DNA of 64,000 nt from Chloroflexota bacterium (GCA_027593235.1 JAQCIU010000001.1:96001-160000); one strand, 5' to 3'; numbered from the stretch's first letter, positions 1 through 10,179 are shown. Notes: generated by a model not told the origin, from the sequence alone. Numbers and translations are program-made.

Positions 1-769
1 TCCCGTTGATCCAGTGCGGGAGACCGTCTGGGCCGGGAATCCAGCAGATAAGGGCGTACTGACCCGGGGCCACGTCGGCCTCGATCCAGCCTCGGCTGCC
101 GCCATCGAGGGCGCCGAAGCCGCCGGCCGGTGCGAACGGTGGCGGTCCGGCGAAGCCGTTGATCGCCCAGTCTCTGACGTCGGTCATCGTGGCGCCGTCC
201 AGCAGGCGGACGACGGCGGCCTCGTGCGTTTCAGTGTCGTTGTTGACGACCTCGAAGGTGCCGCTCCCGTCGAATCCGGATGGCACGGCGAACGTGAGGC
301 CGGGGCCCATCGCGATCACGCCGTCAGCCTCGGGTGGCGCCGTCTTCGAGCTGGTTCCGTCGACGGTGAAGAACGAATGCGCCGCCAGATCGCCTTCGTC
401 GGTGAAGGGGATCACCGAGTAGATCCCCTGCTTCAGCTCAATCGTGATCTTGAGGGACTCGCCCTGCGGCATCCCACCGTTTCCACCAACGATGCTGACC
501 AGCGAATCGCCGCTTCCATCGTTGGCGCGGATGCCGGCCTCCATCGCCTCCTGCGTCGTGCCGTCATTGGCACGAATGAAGAGCAGGTGATTGTCACCCT
601 CACTCTCGCCACTGATGTTGAACGTCGTGAATCCCGGCTTGAGCGCGCCGGGAAGTTCGATCGCCGAGTCCGTGACACGAACGTCGACGGAGTTCGGCCC
701 GCTGGCGTCATCGCCGCAGGCGGCGAAGAGGAGCGGCAGGGTCACGGCGGCAAACAGTGCTGGCCCCAT
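1..769 (-). CDS. Cupredoxin-like lipoprotein, runs off the left edge
   Basis: Translated by hand (absent from ORF track): MGPALFAAVTLPLLFAACGDD lipobox, ...THEAA...YALICWIPGPDGLPHWING; His/Cys/His of a type-1 Cu-like motif, Met would follow the edge; start could be further upstream. Confidence 0.7.
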   Translation of the reverse strand, partial: MGPALFAAVTLPLLFAACGDDASGPNSVDVRVTDSAIELPGALKPGFTTFNISGESEGDNHLLFIRANDGTTQEAMEAGIRANDGSGDSLVSIVGGNGGMPQGESLKITIELKQGIYSVIPFTDEGDLAAHSFFTVDGTSSKTAPPEADGVIAMGPGLTFAVPSGFDGSGTFEVVNNDTETHEAAVVRLLDGATMTDVRDWAINGFAGPPPFAPAGGFGALDGGSRGWIEADVAPGQYALICWIPGPDGLPHWING

Positions 770-979
770 CCGAGGCCGGGCACGTCCGCCGAGGGCAGCG
801 AGCCGGCTGAAGCCGGTCGTCAGTGCGGTCCACGGTGACCGCCCGCTCGGCCATGCCGCGCTGCGAAGCTGGCTGGTCGCGATTCGAAACATCATTCTTG
901 TGCTCCCAACATGCGGCGTGCTGCACGCCATGCCGAGAGGGTGCCGCGTGGGTTGTCCCGCCTACATCGGAGGGAATCC

Positions 980-1010
980 CGGCCTGACGGGACGTGATCC
1001 CGTCAGGCCG
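980..1010. terminator. 13-bp stem hairpin between the tandem cupredoxin genes
   Basis: CGGCCTGACGGGA-cgtga-TCCCGTCAGGCCG; no U-tract. Confidence 0.45.
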
Positions 1011-1021
1011 TGGGTGAGGCG

Positions 1022-1837
1022 CTAGTTGACGGCGAACTCGCCGACCATGCCGAGGGCGAAGTGGGGCGGGCCCTCGCCAGACTCGCCCTGCGGGATCGGG
1101 CACCAGTAGATGTAGGTGCCAGCCGACAGATCGAGGACGTGCGATCCACTGCCGCCGGGGATCGCGAACGGGCCGCCACCGGAGACGTTCTGATCGACCA
1201 CCTCACCAATCTGGGCGGGGTCACCGGAGGAGATTTTCTCCAGGAACTCGCCGACGACTTCGCCCGATTCGCGGGTGTCGCCCTCGGGCTTGCGGATCAG
1301 CAGGAAGACGTGCGGCTCAGCGCCGTTGTTGGTCATTTCGAAGCTGATTGGACCGGCTGAGATCGGCGCGTCGCCCAGCGAGAACTCGTAGTCCTGCGCG
1401 GTGACGGAGACGGCCTGCCAACCACAGCCTTCTCGCCCGGCGGCCTCGATCTGTTCGAACGCGCCGAGGGACTCGGGGTTCTCGTAGGCCTCGATGCTGC
1501 CGTCGTGGAGCTGCGCGAACAGGCCGTTGAGGGCGGCCGTGGCGTCAGCGAGTTCGGCCGGCGCGGCGGCAGTGAGGGCTGCCAGCGGAGCCTCGATGTT
1601 GCTTGCGTAGTCGACGATCGCGGCGACGTACTCGGCTTCGTTCTCCTCGCCGCCGGGACTGTCGACGGCGTCGAACGCGACCACGGCGGAACAGAACTCG
1701 GCGCTGACGCCGGCGGCCACCTCGGTCGGTGCGGGCGTCGGTGTCGGAGTCGGATCGTCGTCGCCGCAGGCGGCGAGGGCGACGAGGGCGGTGGCGGCGA
1801 TCAGGCCGCTGGCGATGTGTTTCCAATGCGTGGGCAT
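1022..1837 (-). CDS. Cupredoxin-like lipoprotein
   Basis: LAACGDDD lipobox, PT linker, EPHVF...YWCPIP...PPHFALGM (H/C/H/M). Confidence 0.75.
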   Translation of the reverse strand: MPTHWKHIASGLIAATALVALAACGDDDPTPTPTPAPTEVAAGVSAEFCSAVVAFDAVDSPGGEENEAEYVAAIVDYASNIEAPLAALTAAAPAELADATAALNGLFAQLHDGSIEAYENPESLGAFEQIEAAGREGCGWQAVSVTAQDYEFSLGDAPISAGPISFEMTNNGAEPHVFLLIRKPEGDTRESGEVVGEFLEKISSGDPAQIGEVVDQNVSGGGPFAIPGGSGSHVLDLSAGTYIYWCPIPQGESGEGPPHFALGMVGEFAVN

Positions 1838-2025
1838 CGAGTACCTCCGGGTGCGATTCGTGGAATCGACCAGAGGCTACGAACGCGAATGTCCCGGGCG
1901 GATGGGACAGAGTCCTGTCCTGCGGGGGAGTCCGTCCGATGTGCAGGTACACCGCAAACGGCCTAATGGCACCACGCAGACTCAGCGGCCTCGTGGTCCG
2001 CGACCCGATCGACCCGGAGGGCTCG

Positions 2026-2337
2026 ATGGAACTCTTACTGACAGTGCTGGTGCCGTTTCCGCTGGGCTTCGCCGTGCGAAATCGGATGGCTGCATACATC
2101 GCCTACATCGCGTTGCATGCGTTCGTATTCACGTTTCAAACGCTGAACCTGTTGATCGAGTGGGTGGGCGGATCGGAGCACGCCTTCGGCACATACCCGG
2201 ATGCGAATTCCAGCGACATCTGGGGCTATGGCGTGGTCAACCTCGTCATCTATCTCGTCGGACTCGGCCTCGTAGCGCTCGGGCATCGGACCCGGTCCTG
2301 GTACGGCGTCCGTCGTGGCGGACTACAGCCTCGCTAG
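2026..2337 (+). CDS. Small membrane protein
   Basis: GGAGG RBS, ATG 2026, three hydrophobic segments. Confidence 0.7.
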   Translation: MELLLTVLVPFPLGFAVRNRMAAYIAYIALHAFVFTFQTLNLLIEWVGGSEHAFGTYPDANSSDIWGYGVVNLVIYLVGLGLVALGHRTRSWYGVRRGGLQPR

Positions 2338-2513
2338 GCCGCGGCAATCGCGGCGGTCACGCTGGACCGCCGCGTACGCGGCGGAGGCGGACGGCGACGA
2401 TGATGCTGACGAGGCTCGTCGTCCGCCGATTCCGGCGTCGGCGCCTCGTTGTGACGGATGCCCTCGAAGCGGCCATGGGCGCCGCCGTCGCGAGTCGAGA
2501 AGCGGGCCGATTC

Positions 2514-2978
2514 CTAGGCCTTCAGCAGTGCGACGAACGTCTCCACCTCAGTCCCCTGGTCCTGACCGAACTCGACGCGGTACTTCTTACCCGCGGCCTT
2601 GAAGCGAAGATCCGGCAGGCTCTTCATGCGTAGTTCAATCTCGCTGAGGTCCGACTTCGCCACGAATACCGATCCCTTGCGGGCGCTCACCTCGGAGTCG
2701 AGTTGGTGCTCGTCCAGTTCCTGTTCCGCCGTCGTGATGGTATCCATCACCCGTTTCACGGCCTTGTCAGCGGCGAACTGGTTCAGCGCGCCCTTGGCTT
2801 CGAATTTCCGCCGCCATCCACGGCCGGTCTTGATCATGTAGAGGCCCTGATCTGTCAGAAAGAGGCTGTACGCGGTCGCACTTTTGATCAGCCCCGGTGG
2901 GGAGATGGCTCGGTCGATCCTCATGGCGAACTCCTGGTCCGGTCGGCCGAGTGGCGCGGCGGATGCTTCATTGGTCAC
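2514..2978 (-). CDS. Hypothetical protein
   Basis: Protein-like composition, not an Arg/Gly-rich shadow ORF. Confidence 0.65.
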   Translation of the reverse strand: MTNEASAAPLGRPDQEFAMRIDRAISPPGLIKSATAYSLFLTDQGLYMIKTGRGWRRKFEAKGALNQFAADKAVKRVMDTITTAEQELDEHQLDSEVSARKGSVFVAKSDLSEIELRMKSLPDLRFKAAGKKYRVEFGQDQGTEVETFVALLKA

Positions 2979-3111
2979 GGTGCGCTCGGAATCGACTGTA
3001 CCGGTTGACGCGCGAAGCCCGAATCGGTTCCGCAGCCCGGCCGAACGACGGCGGCTGCGCTAGGCTGCGCGCACACGCACAACACCGAGGCGTAGCACTG
3101 AGGGGGCCACG

Positions 3112-3684
3112 ATGGCGGACGAGCGGACGGACGACCAGCTTTTCGATTTCCTGTTGAGCCTCGGCACTGACGAGGTGGCGCACACCGGGCACGATTTCCT
3201 CACGCACCTCAAGTCGGTCAAGAGCACCGTCGAGGGCGTTGGCGGCGACCGCGAGATGGCGCGCGCCGGTCTGTTCCACTCGATCTACGGGACGCAGGGC
3301 TTCCAGGACTTCTCGCTTCCCCTCGAGGAGCGGGCACAGGTCCGCGGGCTGATCGGCGATCGCGCCGAGTTCACCGCCTACTGCAACTGCGTGATGGACC
3401 GCGCCACGTTCGACGCCGCCGTCGCGCAGGCCGTCGAGGGCGACGGCGACGCCTTCGAGATCCGCGACCGCGAGGGCAGCCCGCCGATCGCGCTGACGCG
3501 AGCGCAGCTCACCGACCTCGCGGAGGTGCACGTCTGCGACTGGCTGGAGCAGGTGGAGCGCAGCACGCTCGGCTGGGACTACCGTCGCCCCGCGTACCGC
3601 CAGATGGCGGAGCTGGTTGGACCTCGGATCGTCGCCCTCTACGACGCCGTCTTCGCACGCGAGGGGTCGTCGACCCCCGTTTGA
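3112..3684 (+). CDS. DUF6817-like (HD-related) protein
   Basis: HTGHDFLTHL...AGLFHSIYGT motif. Confidence 0.7.
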   Translation: MADERTDDQLFDFLLSLGTDEVAHTGHDFLTHLKSVKSTVEGVGGDREMARAGLFHSIYGTQGFQDFSLPLEERAQVRGLIGDRAEFTAYCNCVMDRATFDAAVAQAVEGDGDAFEIRDREGSPPIALTRAQLTDLAEVHVCDWLEQVERSTLGWDYRRPAYRQMAELVGPRIVALYDAVFAREGSSTPV

Positions 3685-3728
3685 CGCTTCGCGCCTCGTG
3701 GTCGCGGCCCTGCGCCTCGCACCTTAGC

Positions 3729-4637
3729 TTAGCAGCCGCGGCCGGCGGAGTACCAGTCGATCGCGTCCTGGATCAGTGTCCGGGTGGCCTCGACGACCTC
3801 GACTGCGACGTCGCCATTCAGGCCTTCGAGGGCGTCGACGATCTCGGCGTTCCGCTCGATCGGGCTATTCTCGCCCCAGGGCGCGAAGTAGCGCTGGACG
3901 CGTTCCGGGGGAACCTCCGACAGCGCCTCGATGGCGGTCGCGATCGCGGTGTGAGCGTCGGAGAGATCGGTGGCGCCCGCGTCGGGGTATTCCTGCAGCA
4001 GGGCGCGCAACTGTGATTCGCTCTGGCCCATGTATGTGAAGGACGCCGTGCAGTTGGCCGCGGCTTCGATCTCCGCCAGGTCGAGCGTGATCGACGTGTA
4101 TCCCTCTCCCCCGAGGATGCAGGGCGGGCCGACAGTGATCGGGTAGTCGGGGTAGTCGCTCGTCTCGAAAGCGCAGAACGGGATGAGGTCTCCGTCGTTC
4201 AGGCGGTCCCGCAGTTCGGACGGACGAGGGTCAGTCGTGAACACCCGCGTCGGGCCGTCCTGAACACAGCGGGTGCCGACGATGAGACGGAAGCCATCGT
4301 CACCAGATGGTTGAAAGCAGGCTGGCACAAACTCACCGACGGCGACGGCGGTGCCGGCAGGAAGTTGATCGAGGACAAATCCGTTCGAGGTGCACTGCGA
4401 CGGCGCGGGCGCGAGGTATCTGAGGTACCCGACGCGCCCGTCGTCCTCGGTCTCGCAGAAAACCACGCTCTGATCGGGCGGTCCGGTCGTCGGACGTGGC
4501 GTCGGTGTAGCGGTCCCGGTTGCGGTCGGCGCCACGGTGACCTCCGGCGTTGGGGTCACCTCGCCGCCCCGATCGCAGGCGACGAGGGCGGCCAGCACGA
4601 GGACGGCGAGCGGAATGACGAAGTGTCGTTTCACCAT
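3729..4637 (-). CDS. Cys-containing hypothetical lipoprotein
   Basis: LVACD lipobox, PT-rich linker. Confidence 0.65.
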   Translation of the reverse strand: MVKRHFVIPLAVLVLAALVACDRGGEVTPTPEVTVAPTATGTATPTPRPTTGPPDQSVVFCETEDDGRVGYLRYLAPAPSQCTSNGFVLDQLPAGTAVAVGEFVPACFQPSGDDGFRLIVGTRCVQDGPTRVFTTDPRPSELRDRLNDGDLIPFCAFETSDYPDYPITVGPPCILGGEGYTSITLDLAEIEAAANCTASFTYMGQSESQLRALLQEYPDAGATDLSDAHTAIATAIEALSEVPPERVQRYFAPWGENSPIERNAEIVDALEGLNGDVAVEVVEATRTLIQDAIDWYSAGRGC

Positions 4638-4683
4638 GCGATGTTAGACAGCAGCGAGCAATCCCGCAGGACGAGCTGCGCCG

Positions 4684-5868
4684 TTAGCGCTTGAGCCGCT
4701 CCAGCAGGCGGTCCATGAACACCTCGGCGAGGGCGAGCTGGTCGAGGTCGACGTACTCGTTCGGGCCGTGCGCCTGGTCGATCGAACCGGGGCCGCAGAC
4801 GACGGCAGGGATGCCCGCCGCCTGGAAGAGCCCCGCCTCGGTGGCGTAATTCACCTTGCCGATGGTACCGGCGGCACTGCCGAGGCCCGCCGTCAGTTCG
4901 AGGACCTCGGCGACGACGTCCTCGGTCGGGTCAGTGTCGAGACCGCGGGTGGAGGACAGCACCTCGAAGGTGATCGCGGCGTCGGGGTAGACGGTCCGCA
5001 TCTCCGGGAGCAGCTCGTTGTTCGCGTAGGACTCGATCTCGCCGAACAGCTCGACGTCGGTATCGGTGCCAACGGTGCGGATTTCGAAGTCGAAGTGCGC
5101 GTGGTGCGGGACGATGTTGAACGCCGTGCCGCCCTGGAAGACGCCGGTGTGGAGCGTGGTATGGGCGACGGGGAACGCCTCGTCGAAGGGTCCCGCGTCG
5201 GCCTTGCGGCGGGCGATGTCGTTGATGCGGGTGACGAGGCGCGCGCCGTACTCGATCGCGTTGACTGCCCGCGGCGCGAAGCTCGAATGCGCCTCGATGC
5301 CGCGGATGTGGCAGCGGTACGCGTAGTGACCCTTGTGGGCGACGATCACGCCCATCGAGGACGGCTCGCCGATGATCGCCATCTTCGGACGGCGGTCGCT
5401 CGCCTTCAGGTCGGCCAGCAGCGGCAGCACGCCGACGCAGCCGACCTCCTCGTCGGGCGAGCACACGAGGTGCAGCGGCGTCTCGAGGTCGGCCGCGAGG
5501 AACTTCGGTAGCGCCGCCAGCACGACCGCGAGGAAGCCCTTCATGTCGGCAGTGCCGCGGCCGTAGAGGCGGCCGTCCTGCTCGGTCAGCGTCCACGGAT
5601 CGGTCGCCCAGTCCTGGCCCTCGACCGGTACGACGTCGGTGTGCGCGGACAGCGCGATCCCTTCGCGATCCGCGGGGCCGATCGTCGCGTAGAGGTTGGC
5701 CTTGTTCTCCGTGTGCAGGACTCGGCGGGACTCGATCCCGAGGTCGGACAGGTAGCCCTCGACGAACTCGATCAGCGGAAAGTTGGAGTTGCGGCTGGTC
5801 GTGTCGAAGGCGACGAGGGTGCGGAGGAGTTCGAGCGTTGCTTCGCTGGGAGCGGGGTTGGTTGGCAT
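4684..5868 (-). CDS. argE: Acetylornithine deacetylase (M20 family)
   Basis: SAHTDVVP, GRGTADMKG, DEEVGC, IGEPS, AHGPNEY. Confidence 0.85.
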   Translation of the reverse strand: MPTNPAPSEATLELLRTLVAFDTTSRNSNFPLIEFVEGYLSDLGIESRRVLHTENKANLYATIGPADREGIALSAHTDVVPVEGQDWATDPWTLTEQDGRLYGRGTADMKGFLAVVLAALPKFLAADLETPLHLVCSPDEEVGCVGVLPLLADLKASDRRPKMAIIGEPSSMGVIVAHKGHYAYRCHIRGIEAHSSFAPRAVNAIEYGARLVTRINDIARRKADAGPFDEAFPVAHTTLHTGVFQGGTAFNIVPHHAHFDFEIRTVGTDTDVELFGEIESYANNELLPEMRTVYPDAAITFEVLSSTRGLDTDPTEDVVAEVLELTAGLGSAAGTIGKVNYATEAGLFQAAGIPAVVCGPGSIDQAHGPNEYVDLDQLALAEVFMDRLLERLKR

Positions 5869-6038
5869 GTGATCACGCTACCGCACCGGGCAGGCCGTCA
5901 CCATTCCGCGGCGATCGGCGACATCGCTGCGCCCGCTCCTCGACCGTTTGTGATCCCGATGTCGATCATCGGTCGCGCGATTCGTCATCCTGTTGAACGG
6001 GCGGCGAGGGTTCGCCCGGCAGATCGAGGAGTACGACG

Positions 6039-6386
6039 ATGCGCTACCTGGCCCTGATTTACAGCGAAGAGAGGACCGAGCCGCAAGAGATGACCCCGGA
6101 ATCGATGATCCCGTGGATGAAGTTCGGTGAAGAGGCGACGGCGCGCGGGGCGAATCCGCTCGGCGACGCGCTCCAGCCGGCCTCGACGGCGACGACCGTC
6201 CGCGTCCGCGACGGCAAGATGCTGACGACGGACGGGCCGTTCGCGGAGACCAAGGAAGTCCTCGGCGGCTACTACGTGCTGGAGTGCCCGAGCCTGGACG
6301 TGGCGATCGAGCTGGCCGCGAAGATCCCGGCCGCCGAGTACGGTTCGATCGAGGTGCGCCCGATCATGGAGATTCCGGGCGCGTAA
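6039..6386 (+). CDS. YciI/DGPF-family protein
   Basis: [16 protein letters not shown]. Confidence 0.9.
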   Translation: MRYLALIYSEERTEPQEMTPESMIPWMKFGEEATARGANPLGDALQPASTATTVRVRDGKMLTTDGPFAETKEVLGGYYVLECPSLDVAIELAAKIPAAEYGSIEVRPIMEIPGA

Positions 6387-6398
6387 CCGGCGCGGCTC

Positions 6399-7756
6399 GT
6401 GAGGGGCGTGCTCTTGGCGGGCGACGAGATCGAGGCAGACGCGTCCGGGCGCTCGCAATCAGCGAGCGTCTCGGACGTTGGCACCCAGGCCGCCCTCGAG
6501 GGCGTCTATCGCGACGATGCTTCGCGGCTGACGGCGACGCTGATCCGCTCGTGTGGGGGCGATTTCCAGCTCGCGAGGACGCGTTGCAGGACGCCTTCGC
6601 CGCGGCCCTCGAACACTGGCCGCGCGAGGGGGTTCCGAGGACCCCGCCGGCCTGGATCCTCACAACCGCGCGCCGCAAGGCGATCGACCGCCTGCGGCGG
6701 GAGCAGGCGTTGCAGCGGAAGCGCGGCGCGCTGGAGCGGATGACGGCGCTGGAGCAGGAACTGGCCGACGACGAGGCGAGTCAGTTGCCCTCGGACGGGA
6801 CGCTGGCGGACGACCGGCTGCGATTGATCTTCACCTGCTGCCACCCGGCGCTGGGGGCGGAAGCGCAGGTGGCGCTGACGCTGCGGACGATCGCGGGCCT
6901 CGATACGCGTGAGATCGCGCGGGCGTTCCTCGTCGAGCCGACGACGATGGCGCAGCGCCTCGTGCGCGCCCAGCGGAAGATCCGCGACGCCGGCATCCCG
7001 TACGAGGTGCCACCAGCGGATGCGTTGCCGGCGCGCCTCACGGCCGTACTGGCTGTCGTGTATCTCGTCTTCAACGAGGGCTACAGCGCGACCGCCGGCG
7101 ATGAGCTGCTGCGGACGGAATTGTGCGCGGAGGCGATTCGCCTCGGGCGGCTGGTCGTGGAACTGATGCCGGGCGAGCCGGAGGCGATCGGGCTGCTGGC
7201 GCTGATGCTGCTGCACGACGCGCGCCGGATGGCGCGCACCGGCCCGGACGGCGACCTCGTAACGCTCGAGGAGCAAGACCGCACGACCTGGGACCGCGCC
7301 CAGATCGACGAGGGCGTGGCGCTGATCCACCGTGCGGCCGCGTTGCGGCGACCGGGCGCGTACCAGGTACAGGCGGCGATCGCCGCGATTCACGCGGAGG
7401 CGGAGACGCCGGAACACACCGACTGGCACGAAATCGCGTTGCTCTACAACGCGCTGCTGGGAATGCAGCCAACGGCGGTGGTCGAGCTGAACCGCGCCGT
7501 GGCGGTCGCGATGGCGTTCGGCATCGAGGGCGGGCTGCGGATGCTCGATCGGCTCGCCGACGACCCGGAGCTGGCGGGCTACCATCTGCTCGATTCGGCG
7601 CGCGCGGATCTGCTGCGGCGCGCCGGGCGGTTCGAAGAGGCGGCGAGCGCGTACCGCCGCGCCCTCGCGAGTTGCGAGCACCCGGTGGAGCGCCGCTACC
7701 TCGAACGGCGGCTCGCCGAGGTGTCGGCCGCCCGACGAGAGATCGAGGGGAGCTGA
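6399..7756 (+). pseudogene. ECF42-type sigma factor (DUF6596/TPR extension), frameshifted at ~6573 (or assembly error)
   Basis: ...[12 protein letters not shown] continues as EDALQDAF in another frame; [15 protein letters not shown]; adjacent DGPF gene. Confidence 0.8.
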
Positions 7757-7795
7757 CGATGGCAGAGGACTCCGAGTACGGAGCGCCGTCGCGGA
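7685..7795 (+). repeat. Direct repeat copy 1 (sigma 3' end plus start of glycosylase)
   Basis: Near-identical to 8885-8995, offset 1200 bp. Confidence 0.9.
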
Positions 7796-7829
7796 GGTGA
7801 TCGCCGATCGTTCCAGGCGCTGAGCGTCG

Positions 7830-8294
7830 CTAGGCCGTGCGGCGGCGCCTGAGTATCGCATCGAGAACGGTGAGCGGTCCGAATGTGGTCGCGGTCCATC
7901 CGGCGATCATCCAGTTCACGCTGAATCCGAGCCCGAAAGTCGCGCCAACCCAGGCCAGCGAGAGCACGATCCAACCCGCGGCGACGATCGCTTCCGCGCG
8001 GTCCGGGTTTGGACGGGTTCCCATGTCGCTGAACCAGCAGCGGAGGAAGCCACGTCCCTTACGGTATTCGGCCGCAACCGCGGACGGCTCGCCGAACGCG
8101 AGCGCCGCGTCATTGAACGCCCCGTCCAGTTCCTGCCCCTCGTCGATTTGCGACTGGACGGCGGTCCGCAGGTGGTCGGTGAGTTCGTCGAGGTGCGGGG
8201 CGACATGCGGGTCCACGCGCTGCGCATCTTCTGCCCACCGTTCGAGCCGTTGCTCGAGGTCCGGCGGCGTGGAGTCGGGTGAGTGGTCAGACAT
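7830..8294 (-). CDS. Permease-prefix-like domain membrane protein
   Basis: DELTDHL...AFGEPSAVAAEY plus two TM helices; coupled to PadR. Confidence 0.7.
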   Translation of the reverse strand: MSDHSPDSTPPDLEQRLERWAEDAQRVDPHVAPHLDELTDHLRTAVQSQIDEGQELDGAFNDAALAFGEPSAVAAEYRKGRGFLRCWFSDMGTRPNPDRAEAIVAAGWIVLSLAWVGATFGLGFSVNWMIAGWTATTFGPLTVLDAILRRRRTA

Positions 8295-8634
8295 GGGTGC
8301 CTCCAACCGGGCGCGGGATGAGCGCGCCAAGCAGCGCGTTGACTGCGGCGAAGCCGGCGCGGTGTTCTTCAAGTTGTCGTTCGCCCGCGGGGAGCAGGCG
8401 GTAGTACTTGCGGCGGCGGCCGGAGGGGGCGGTGCCGTCGTATGCCTCGATCAGTCCTTGTTGATCGAGGCGGTGGAGCAGGGGATAAAGCATCCCCTCT
8501 TTCCATTCCAATTGACCGTCGGAGAGGTCGCGGACATTCCTGATGATCGCGTAGCCGTAGCTGTCGCCACGATGGAGCAGCGACAACACCAGCGGTGTCG
8601 CGGAGGCAGCCATCAGGTCCTTCGGTAGCTGCAC
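8287..8634 (-). CDS. PadR-family regulator
   Basis: SYGYAII...EGMLYPLLHRL...GRRRKYYRL. Confidence 0.9.
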   Translation of the reverse strand: MQLPKDLMAASATPLVLSLLHRGDSYGYAIIRNVRDLSDGQLEWKEGMLYPLLHRLDQQGLIEAYDGTAPSGRRRKYYRLLPAGERQLEEHRAGFAAVNALLGALIPRPVGGTHV

Positions 8635-8650
8635 GCAGCGCCCTTGGTCT

Positions 8651-8695
8651 TACCTATATGTTCTAGGTATCGAGAGTACCTATTCGTTCTAGGCA
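8651..8695. promoter_or_regulatory. Two tandem palindromic operators, probably PadR
   Basis: TACCTA-N7-TAGGTA (8651-8669) and TACCTA-N7-TAGGCA (8677-8695) just upstream of padR. Confidence 0.7.
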
Positions 8696-8769
8696 TGACA
8701 ACTCCCACGGACCCACAACGGGGCGCGCCCTGTGCGCGTGGTCTCGGGCGGGGGCGGCTATCGTGTTCC

Positions 8770-8995
8770 GATGCTGCGCGACGTGCGACGGATGGCGCGG
8801 ACTGGCCCGGCCGGCGACCTCGTGACCCTCGAGGAGCAAGACCGGACGATTTGGGATCGCGCGCAGATCGACGAGGGTGTCGCGGTGGAGCGACGCTACC
8901 TCGAACGGCGGCTCGCCGAGGTGTCGGCCGCCCGACGAGAGATCGAGGGGAGCTGACGATGGCAGAGGAATCCGAGTACGGGGCGCCGCCGCGGA
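8770..8995 (+). repeat. Internally deleted duplicate of sigma 3' region, includes repeat copy 2
   Basis: 8770-8884 resembles ~7204-7322, then jumps to a copy of 7685-7795. Confidence 0.85.
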
Positions 8996-9453
8996 TCAAA
9001 CCAAAGCGCCTGGGCGACTACCTTGACGTGATGAGCAAGTCCGTCTTCCAGAGCGGCATGTCCTGGAAGGTGGTCGAGGCGAAGTGGGACACCACCCGCG
9101 AGGCGTTCCACGATTTCGATGCCGAGCGCGTCGCGTCGATGAGCGAAGCGGAGATCGATGCCCTCGCGAGCGACACCCGCGTGATCCGCAACCGGCGCAA
9201 GCTCGAAGCGGTCGTCAGCAACGCGGCGCGGCTGATCGAGCTGGACGCCGAGCACGGCACCTTCCGGAAGTACCTGCGCTCGCAGCCGGACTTCGAAGCG
9301 ACCGTGAAGATGCTGAAACAGGACTTCAAGTTCCTGGGTGACATGGGCAGCTACGTGATGCTCTACGTAGTGGGCGAGCCGGTGCCGTCGCACCAGGAGT
9401 GGACGGCGACGCAGGTGGAGCGTCGGTCACGGCAGGCGCGTCCGAAGCGGTAA
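8959..9453 (+). CDS. DNA-3-methyladenine glycosylase I (Tag-like)
   Basis: FQSGMSWKVV..KW..REAFHDFD, VIRNRRKL, FKFLG. Confidence 0.8.
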   Translation: MAEESEYGAPPRIKPKRLGDYLDVMSKSVFQSGMSWKVVEAKWDTTREAFHDFDAERVASMSEAEIDALASDTRVIRNRRKLEAVVSNAARLIELDAEHGTFRKYLRSQPDFEATVKMLKQDFKFLGDMGSYVMLYVVGEPVPSHQEWTATQVERRSRQARPKR

Positions 9454-9522
9454 CTGTCGTTGGTGGAAATCCGGTCGAGCGGAGGGCGTTGTCGCCCCAA
9501 CGGTTTCGGTGTGCTCAGCCTG

Positions 9523-10179
9523 CTACCTGTAGATGATGCTCCAGAAGTGCTCAGTCGCTCGCTCAGCGAGGAGCATTGCAGGGAAGAGCAGCGCCACGGC
9601 GAGGATCCGTCCCCTCCAGTCACCCGTCAGTAGCAGCACCGATGCCGCTGCGAGAACGACATCGATCACGGCTTGCACCGGATGGAACGGGAAGTCGCTC
9701 GGGAGGTCGATCGTGAGTTCGTTCCAGTACTGACGGAGCGGACCATCAGCGAGGATCGCGCCGGCGACGAGTGAGGCGACGAGCGCAGCCGCCCATCCGC
9801 GTCGCCGATAGCTGAGCGAGACAACTGCTGCTCCGGGCGGCGCCAGCACGAGTGCCACTCCCGTCCAGATGTAGACGAAATGGCCGCCGCCAAAGCCGAG
9901 CACTGCCTCCGAGTAGGTGTAGTACGAGACGACGGTCGCCAGGAAGAAGAGCGCGGCACCGAGGATCGCGGCGGCCGACGAGGAAGCGAAACGACCGATC
10001 AGCAGGCCGACGAAGATCCATGTTCCCGGGTAGGTCCCGAGGTCACTCGCCCATTGCCGTGAGGATTCGTCGGCCGCCTTCGCGCCGAGGCCGCAGGCAA
10101 GCGCGACGACGACGAGAGCGCCGAGCTTCGACACCGTGATCGCGGTGGCGCCCCTTCGCCGGAACAGACGCTCGACCAC
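9523..10179 (-). CDS. Membrane protein, DUF6518-like
   Basis: Several TM helices, 'VVSYYTYS'. Confidence 0.6.
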   Translation of the reverse strand: MVERLFRRRGATAITVSKLGALVVVALACGLGAKAADESSRQWASDLGTYPGTWIFVGLLIGRFASSSAAAILGAALFFLATVVSYYTYSEAVLGFGGGHFVYIWTGVALVLAPPGAAVVSLSYRRRGWAAALVASLVAGAILADGPLRQYWNELTIDLPSDFPFHPVQAVIDVVLAAASVLLLTGDWRGRILAVALLFPAMLLAERATEHFWSIIYR

